A program made the translations under genes and the position numbers. Positions 25,999 to 32,000 of a stretch of DNA of 32,000 bases are shown one piece after another. The notes under the pieces were generated by a model. The model was not told where the DNA came from and did not search any database. It worked only from the letters and a program-made list of their open reading frames with translations. Within the stretch, counting starts at the first letter, position 1; every line of letters starts with the position of its first letter. The DNA is taken from positions 390,001 through 422,000 of the forward strand of contig NC_009925.1 of NCBI RefSeq assembly GCF_000018105.1. Direction: 5' to 3'. The DNA comes from Acaryochloris marina MBIC11017 (GTDB taxonomy: Bacteria; Cyanobacteriota; Cyanobacteriia; Thermosynechococcales; Thermosynechococcaceae).

Positions 25999-28524
25999 AT
26001 GAATATTCGTACTGCCCCTCGCCCCACCCCTGAAACCAGCCGTGACCAGGCATTGATCTTAGGTTTTGATGAGGTAGGCATTGCCGATATCCCCCTAGTG
26101 GGCGGCAAAAATGCCTCCCTAGGGGAAATGATCCAGCATTTGGTTCCCCTAGGCGTGAACGTCCCCAATGGCTTTGCCACCACCGCCTATGCCTATCGAT
26201 ATTTTGTTCAGCAGGCAGGCATTGAAACCCAACTGCGGCAGATTTTTGCTGATTTAGATGTTGAGGATGTTGACAATTTACGCCAGCGAGGACGACAGGC
26301 GCGATCGCTCATTCTCCACACCCCCTTTCCCAAGGATCTGGAGTTAGCGATTTCCACTGCCTATTGCCAACTGTGCGAACAATATGGCGTAGGCAATGCC
26401 GCTTCCGAAGGGCAAGCTTCCAAAGAGCAAGAACGCCTGCAGGCCTATCACTACAACGTTGACGTCGCCGTCCGCTCCAGTGCCACAGCAGAAGACCTAC
26501 CCGATGCGAGCTTTGCGGGACAACAGGAAACCTACCTCAATGTCCATGGTGTTAAACAGGTTTTGGAATCCTGCCACAAATGCTTTGCCTCCATCTTTAC
26601 AGATCGGGCGATTTCCTATCGCACCCTTAAAGGCTTTGACCATTTCCAGGTGGCCCTATCCGTGGGCGTGCAGAAAATGGTGCGATCGGATCTAGCCGCT
26701 TCTGGAGTGATGTTCTCCATCGATACGGAAACGGGGTTTAAGAACGCAGCCTTGGTCACCGCCGCCTACGGTCTGGGAGAAAATGTGGTTCAAGGCGCAG
26801 TCAACCCCGATGAATTTCTAGTCTTTAAACCGACCTTACTTGACGGCTTTCGTCCCATCCTGAGCAAACATCTGGGCAGTAAAGAGATCAAAATGGTCTA
26901 CGATTTGGGGGGTAGCAAACTTACAAAAAATATTGCCGTTCCAGAAGCAGACCGGACCAAGTTTGCCGTCAACGACGATGAAATCCTCACCTTAGCCAGC
27001 TGGGCCTGCATTATTGAAGACCATTATTCCCAGGTCCGGGGGATGGACACCCCCATGGATATCGAATGGGCCAAGGACGGCCAAACGGGAGTCTTATTTA
27101 TTGTCCAAGCCCGACCAGAAACGGTCCAGTCCCAGAAGGTCGCCAATCGACTCTCTGCCTATCGAATGACGGTGGATACTTTGCCTACCCCGTTTATTGA
27201 GGGTCGAGCTGTGGGTGATCGCATTGGCCAGGGGGCAGCTCGGGTGATTGCTTCGGTGCAAGGGATTAAGGAATTCCAGGCGGGAGAGGTCTTGGTGACC
27301 AACCGCACGGACCCCGACTGGGAACCAATTATGAAAAAGGCCAGTGCCATTGTCACCAATCAAGGGGGACGCACCTGCCATGCCGCGATTATCGCTCGGG
27401 AAATGGGTATTCCCGCCATTGTTGGTTGCAGCACCGCTACCGAAGTCCTGAAAACAGGTCAGAATATCACCGTCTCCTGTGCTGAAGGTGAAACGGGACA
27501 GGTCTATCCCGGACTGCTGCCCTTTGTCGTGGAAGAAACCGCCTTAGATGAACTGCCTCCCACCCGAACCCAAATTCTCATGAATGTGGGCAACCCCGAT
27601 GAAGCCTTTGGGCTGGCAGCCATCCCCTGTGATGGGGTGGGGCTAGCGCGATTGGAGTTTATTATCGCCAATCAGATTAAAACCCATCCTTTGGCGCTGT
27701 TGAAATATGACGAGTTGATGGATGTAGAAGCCAAGTTGGCCATTGCTCAACTGACTGCTGATTACACCTACAAACCGGATTTCTTTATCGATAAGCTGGC
27801 CCAAGGGGTGGGCATGATTGCGGCGGCTTTCTATCCGAATCCTGTGATCGTCCGCATGTCCGACTTTAAGAGTAATGAATATGCCAACTTAATCGGCGGA
27901 CGCCAGTATGAACCCACAGAAGAAAACCCAATGATTGGCTGGCGGGGAGCCTCTCGCTATTACGACCCCAATTACCGTCAAGCCTATGCCCTAGAATGTC
28001 AGGCCCTGAAGAGGGTTCGCGATGAGATGGGACTGCGGAATCTCATTCCCATGATTCCCTTCTGTCGTACTCCTGAAGAAGGCCAGCAGGTCCTCGAGGA
28101 AATGGCCCAGCATGGTCTGAAACGGGGTGAAAACGGCTTGCAGGTTTATGTGATGTGCGAAGTACCCAGCAATGTGGTGCTGGCAGAGGAATTTGCTGAG
28201 GTGTTTGATGGCTTCTCCATCGGCTCCAATGACTTGACCCAACTCACCCTAGGACTAGACCGAGACTCCGCCCTTGTTGCCCATATTTTTGATGAGCGTA
28301 ATGCCGCCGTGAAGAAGTTGGTGCGCCAAGTAATTGCTGTTGCCAAGGCTAAGGAGCGCAAAATTGGCATCTGTGGTCAGGCCCCCAGTGACTATCCTGA
28401 GTTTGCCCAGTTCTTGGTGGAGGAAGGGATTGACTCCATCAGCCTTAATCCAGATACGGTGCTCAAAACTCGGTTGGCCATTGCCCAAGTTGAAGACCAA
28501 TCGACGGGTGTCGTTCAGAACTGA
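25999..28524 (+). CDS. ppsA: Phosphoenolpyruvate synthase (pyruvate, water dikinase)
   Basis: 841 aa, collinear with E. coli PpsA from memory: VGGKNASLGEM, RSSATAEDLPDASFAGQQET, the phospho-His loop GGRTCHAAIIARE, and C-terminal GFSIGSNDLTQLTLGLDRDS. Confidence 0.95.
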   Translation: MNIRTAPRPTPETSRDQALILGFDEVGIADIPLVGGKNASLGEMIQHLVPLGVNVPNGFATTAYAYRYFVQQAGIETQLRQIFADLDVEDVDNLRQRGRQARSLILHTPFPKDLELAISTAYCQLCEQYGVGNAASEGQASKEQERLQAYHYNVDVAVRSSATAEDLPDASFAGQQETYLNVHGVKQVLESCHKCFASIFTDRAISYRTLKGFDHFQVALSVGVQKMVRSDLAASGVMFSIDTETGFKNAALVTAAYGLGENVVQGAVNPDEFLVFKPTLLDGFRPILSKHLGSKEIKMVYDLGGSKLTKNIAVPEADRTKFAVNDDEILTLASWACIIEDHYSQVRGMDTPMDIEWAKDGQTGVLFIVQARPETVQSQKVANRLSAYRMTVDTLPTPFIEGRAVGDRIGQGAARVIASVQGIKEFQAGEVLVTNRTDPDWEPIMKKASAIVTNQGGRTCHAAIIAREMGIPAIVGCSTATEVLKTGQNITVSCAEGETGQVYPGLLPFVVEETALDELPPTRTQILMNVGNPDEAFGLAAIPCDGVGLARLEFIIANQIKTHPLALLKYDELMDVEAKLAIAQLTADYTYKPDFFIDKLAQGVGMIAAAFYPNPVIVRMSDFKSNEYANLIGGRQYEPTEENPMIGWRGASRYYDPNYRQAYALECQALKRVRDEMGLRNLIPMIPFCRTPEEGQQVLEEMAQHGLKRGENGLQVYVMCEVPSNVVLAEEFAEVFDGFSIGSNDLTQLTLGLDRDSALVAHIFDERNAAVKKLVRQVIAVAKAKERKIGICGQAPSDYPEFAQFLVEEGIDSISLNPDTVLKTRLAIAQVEDQSTGVVQN
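26301..26308. repeat. HIP1 octamer GCGATCGC
   Basis: Exact match (inside ppsA). Confidence 0.95.
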
Positions 28525-28571
28525 CGGCTAGTCTATGGACCGGACGTCACAAAACTGTAAGGAGAGACCAG

Positions 28572-29399
28572 ATGCCATATCACTCTGTGCCCCATCGAGA
28601 TCAACGGTCACCGTCAGGTGAAACAATCTCAGCTCCTGCCTCTCTCCTTGCGGTTTCCTCTCCCAATTCTGGTCTGACAGGTCGCATCCATTCTGTAGAA
28701 ACTTGTGGTAGTGTCGATGGCCCAGGGCTGCGATTTGTAGTGTTTATGCAAGGCTGTCCCTTGCGCTGTCTCTACTGCCATAACCCAGACTGCCGAGATG
28801 TAACAGGTGGACAGGTGACGACCGTCGAGGCATTGATAGCAGAGATTCAACGCTATCGATCCTATATGCAGGCATCTGGTGGCGGCGTCACTGTGAGTGG
28901 GGGGGAGCCCTTACTTCAGCCCGAATTTGTTGCGGAACTCATGCGCCAATGTCAGGCCCTAGGCATTCATACCGCCTTAGATACCTCAGGCTTTTCTGAT
29001 CTCACCAGCGCTCAGCGGGTACTGCAATATACCGATTTGGTGCTATTAGATATCAAATCCTACGACCCTAAACGATTTATCCAAGTGACCCAAGTTTCAC
29101 GGGAACCTACGCTTTGCCTTGCCCGTTATTTGCATCAAATAGGCAAACCCACCTGGATTCGGTTTGTGTTAGTGCCGGGCTTAACAGATGACGTTGAGAA
29201 TGTGGCCGCGCTCGCCCAGTTCGTAGCCCATCTCACCAATATTGAACGGGTGGAGGTTCTGCCGTTCCACCAAATGGGGGCCTACAAATGGGAAGAACTG
29301 GGCTATGACTATCTTTTAAAGGAGACTCAGCCCCCCTCACCTGAGCTAGTTGAGCGGGTTCGCCTACAGTTTCGTGAGTATGGGGTATCGGTCCGCTGA
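28572..29399 (+). CDS. pflA: Pyruvate formate-lyase activating enzyme (radical SAM)
   Basis: 275 aa. GRIHSVETCGSVDGPGLRF, the CxxxCxxC cluster CPLRCLYCHN, and GGGVTVSGGEPLLQ. AAGGAGAG lies upstream of the ATG. It has about 34 extra N-terminal residues relative to E. coli PflA. Confidence 0.93.
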   Translation: MPYHSVPHRDQRSPSGETISAPASLLAVSSPNSGLTGRIHSVETCGSVDGPGLRFVVFMQGCPLRCLYCHNPDCRDVTGGQVTTVEALIAEIQRYRSYMQASGGGVTVSGGEPLLQPEFVAELMRQCQALGIHTALDTSGFSDLTSAQRVLQYTDLVLLDIKSYDPKRFIQVTQVSREPTLCLARYLHQIGKPTWIRFVLVPGLTDDVENVAALAQFVAHLTNIERVEVLPFHQMGAYKWEELGYDYLLKETQPPSPELVERVRLQFREYGVSVR

Positions 29400-29441
29400 C
29401 CCCGCTATTTGAATAGGATTGCATTTACCTAAGGAGCACAC

Positions 29442-32000
29442 ATGATGACGACTCAAACCCAGCCTCAAGTCACCGATATTCCTTCCCTAGAAGATCTGAT
29501 TGCCCGAGTGAAGCAAGCCCAGGAGGTCTATGCCACCTATACCCAGGAGCAGGTGGACCATATCTTTAAGCAAGTTGCGATCGCAGCCAATGCCGAACGC
29601 ATTCCTCTAGCCAAACAGGCCGTGGCTGAGACGGGGATGGGGGTGATTGAAGACAAGGTGATCAAAAACCACTTTGCTTCCGAATATATCTATAACAAGT
29701 ACAAACACGAAAAAACCTGCGGCGTCGTGTCAGCGGATGCCCATTACGGCATCCAAAAAGTGGCGGAACCCCTAGGCATTGTGGCGGGGATTATCCCCAC
29801 CACCAACCCCACTTCAACCGCTATTTTTAAGGCGTTGCTCTGTCTCAAGACCCGCAACGCCATTATTTTTTCTCCTCATCCTCGGGCCAAACACTGCACA
29901 GTGCGAGCGGTTGAAATTATCCGCGATGCTGCCCTTCAAGCCGGGGCACCTCCCGATATCGTCGGCTGGATTGACGAACCGACCTTGGACCTCTCCCAAG
30001 CCCTGATGCAGCATGCCGATATTAAGCTGATTCTGGCCACCGGTGGCCCCGGTATGGTCAAAGCAGCTTACTCGTCGGGGCATCCCTCCTTAGGGGTCGG
30101 TGCTGGCAATACCCCTGCCGTGATTGATGAAACGGCGGATATCCAAGTTGCTGTCAGCTCCATCTTGCTCAGCAAAACCTTTGACAATGGCATGATCTGC
30201 GCCTCTGAGCAGTCAGTTGTGGTGACAGAAGCCGTCTACGAGCAGGTCAAACAAGAGTTTCGCAAGCGAGGGGCTTACTTCCTTACCTCTGAAGAAAAGG
30301 ATAAAGTCGCCCAGACCATCCTCAAGAACGGCAAGTTAAACCCGGCCATTGTGGGTCAACCCATTTCAGAGTTAGCCACTTTGGCAGGGATTGAGGGTCC
30401 CCAGGATCATAAAGTCTTAATTGGTGAAGTCTCCACTATTGGTAGTAGCGAACCCTTTGCCTATGAGAAGCTATCCCCGATTTTGGCCATGTATCGGGCC
30501 GCGGATTTTACCGATGCTGTGGATCAGGCCAAACAGTTGGTCAACTTTGGGGGTCGCGGCCATACCTCCGTGCTGTATACGGCGGCATCCAATTGCGATC
30601 GCATCCGCATTTTCGAAACGGAACTCGCCACAGCCCGAGTCTTGATCAACACCCCCTCTTCCCAAGGGGCCATTGGCGACCTCTATAACTTCAAGCTAGA
30701 TCCATCTTTGACCCTAGGCTGTGGCACCTGGGGCGGTAACTCCATCTCTGGCAATGTCAACGTTCAGCATCTGCTCAATATCAAAACTGTCACCGAGCGC
30801 CGGGAAAATATGCTGTGGTTCCGGGTGCCGCCTAAAATCTACTTTAAATACGGCTGTATTCCCGTTGCTTTGAGAGATTTAGCCGAGAAAAAGCGAGCCT
30901 TTATTATCACCGATCGTCCTCTGTTTGATCTGGGCTTGACTAAGGAAATTACCGAGACCTTAGATCAACTGGGCATCGAGCACCATCTATTTTTCGATGT
31001 CGAACCCGATCCAGACCTATCCACGGTGAAACGGGGCTTAGATGTAATTAATACCTTCCAACCGGACGTGATTATTGCTTTAGGCGGCGGTTCACCCATG
31101 GATGCAGCTAAGGTGATGTGGCTGATGTATGAACATCCCGAAGTCGAGTTTGACGGTCTAGCCATGCGGTTTATGGATATCCGAAAGCGCGTCTATGAAC
31201 TGCCTCCCTTGGGAAATAAAGCCATCCTGGTGGCTGTCCCCACCACCTCAGGCACCGGGTCGGAGGTCACCCCCTTTGCCGTGGTCACGGATGATCGGGT
31301 GGGCATTAAATATCCCTTGGCCGACTATGCCCTGACTCCGACGATGGCCATCGTTGATCCAGAGCTGGTCCTCAATATGCCCAAAAAGCTGACGGCCTAT
31401 GGTGGGGTTGATGCCCTGACCCATGCTCTGGAAGCCTATGTATCGGTCTTGGCAACGGAGTTCACGGATGGACTGGCCTTAGAAGCCATTAGTTTATTAA
31501 TGACTTACTTGCCCAGAGCCTATCATCAGGGCAGTGCTGATCCAGAAGCCCGAGAAAAGGTCCACTACGCGGCAACGATTGCTGGTTTGGCCTTTGCCAA
31601 CGCCTTCTTAGGAATTTGCCACTCTCTGGCCCACAAATTGGGATCTACCTTCCATGTCCCCCATGGGTTGGCGAATGCGTTGATGATTTCCCATGTGATT
31701 CGCTATAACGCCACGGATGCCCCCTTTAAGCAGGCTATTTTTCCCCAGTACGAATATCCCCAGGCTAAGGGTCGCTACGCTGCGATCGCAGATTCCCTCA
31801 ACTTAAGGGGAACCACCGCCGATGAAAAAGTAGAGCGCTTGATAACAGCCATCGAAAACCTGAAGCAAGAGTTGGATATTCCATCCTCGATTCGTGAAGT
31901 CTTATCCGTCGATGAGCAGACCTTTTTTGAGCACCTAGATCTGATGTCGGAACAAGCCTTTGACGATCAGTGCACAGGGGCCAATCCTCGCTATCCATTG
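29442..32000 (+). CDS. adhE: Bifunctional acetaldehyde-CoA/alcohol dehydrogenase AdhE (3' end beyond the window)
   Basis: Absent from the ORF track because there is no stop in the window. My own translation gives MMTTQTQPQVTDIPSLEDLIARVKQAQEVYATYTQEQVDHIFKQVAIAANAERIPLAKQAVAETGMGVIEDKVIKNHFASEYIYNKYKHEKTCGV... The frame is open for 853 codons to the edge, ending ...DDQCTGANPRYPL as in E. coli AdhE. AAGGAG lies 5 nt upstream. Confidence 0.94.
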   Translation, partial: MMTTQTQPQVTDIPSLEDLIARVKQAQEVYATYTQEQVDHIFKQVAIAANAERIPLAKQAVAETGMGVIEDKVIKNHFASEYIYNKYKHEKTCGVVSADAHYGIQKVAEPLGIVAGIIPTTNPTSTAIFKALLCLKTRNAIIFSPHPRAKHCTVRAVEIIRDAALQAGAPPDIVGWIDEPTLDLSQALMQHADIKLILATGGPGMVKAAYSSGHPSLGVGAGNTPAVIDETADIQVAVSSILLSKTFDNGMICASEQSVVVTEAVYEQVKQEFRKRGAYFLTSEEKDKVAQTILKNGKLNPAIVGQPISELATLAGIEGPQDHKVLIGEVSTIGSSEPFAYEKLSPILAMYRAADFTDAVDQAKQLVNFGGRGHTSVLYTAASNCDRIRIFETELATARVLINTPSSQGAIGDLYNFKLDPSLTLGCGTWGGNSISGNVNVQHLLNIKTVTERRENMLWFRVPPKIYFKYGCIPVALRDLAEKKRAFIITDRPLFDLGLTKEITETLDQLGIEHHLFFDVEPDPDLSTVKRGLDVINTFQPDVIIALGGGSPMDAAKVMWLMYEHPEVEFDGLAMRFMDIRKRVYELPPLGNKAILVAVPTTSGTGSEVTPFAVVTDDRVGIKYPLADYALTPTMAIVDPELVLNMPKKLTAYGGVDALTHALEAYVSVLATEFTDGLALEAISLLMTYLPRAYHQGSADPEAREKVHYAATIAGLAFANAFLGICHSLAHKLGSTFHVPHGLANALMISHVIRYNATDAPFKQAIFPQYEYPQAKGRYAAIADSLNLRGTTADEKVERLITAIENLKQELDIPSSIREVLSVDEQTFFEHLDLMSEQAFDDQCTGANPRYPL
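29577..29584. repeat. HIP1 octamer GCGATCGC
   Basis: Exact match (inside adhE). Confidence 0.95.
30595..30602. repeat. HIP1 octamer GCGATCGC
   Basis: Exact match (inside adhE). Confidence 0.95.
31782..31789. repeat. HIP1 octamer GCGATCGC
   Basis: Exact match (inside adhE). Confidence 0.95.

Noticed and set aside
25926-26183. 85-aa minus-strand ORF spanning the pflB-ppsA junction; also other antisense or out-of-frame ORFs within the ACD-GNAT gene, pflB, ppsA, pflA and adhE (for example 20575-20784, 24793-25035, 25339-25707, 27094-27381, 28255-28500, 29814-30083, 30965-31165).
   Set aside because: All are nested in genes with near-collinear similarity to well-known enzymes. They are typical GC-rich antisense open frames.
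1-32000. CRISPR arrays, tandem repeat arrays, and retron-, DGR- or toxin-antitoxin-like modules.
   Set aside because: No regularly spaced direct repeats and no characteristic gene pairs were seen anywhere in the window.

Overview
This is a cyanobacterial chromosomal segment. Evidence: 11 copies of the HIP1 octamer GCGATCGC and the gene orders pilB-pilT-pilC and grpE-dnaK-dnaJ-tusA-like-rsgA.

**1-17.1 kb, ordinary housekeeping genes:**
- a partial J-domain gene
- the type IV pilus motor operon pilB-pilT-pilC (minus strand)
- the chaperone/ribosome-maturation operon grpE-dnaK-dnaJ-tusA-like-rsgA (plus strand, with two ATGA overlaps)
- an SRPBCC protein, a HAD hydrolase, a TPM-domain membrane protein, rlpA and purM
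- two small conserved hypotheticals

**17.1-20.2 kb, an RNA-gene cluster that the ORF track cannot show:**
- SRP RNA (ffs, minus strand)
- a candidate sRNA of about 67 nt, bounded by a promoter and a terminator; its 5' end, GUGUGAGGAG, is the exact complement of the core motif I recall for Yfr1
- tRNA-Pro(CGG)
- a decayed integrative element: a tyrosine integrase split by an 898-bp IS5-family element with a TAA target duplication. Removing the IS in silico restores the reading frame. The integrase 3' end also looks degenerate.

**20.2-32 kb, a GC-richer pyruvate-node fermentation locus:**
- a 917-aa fusion of ADP-forming acetyl-CoA synthetase and a GNAT acetyltransferase, on the minus strand
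- a 790-bp AT-rich control region
- a tightly packed, SD-linked pflB-ppsA-pflA-adhE string on the plus strand; adhE runs off the right edge

I found no CRISPR array and no recognisable defence or toxin system. The two most unusual items are the fermentation module (ppsA between pflB and its activase, next to an ACD-GNAT that keeps its catalytic His) and the candidate sRNA beside ffs. Most short ORFs in the six-frame track are shadow ORFs inside well-supported genes.
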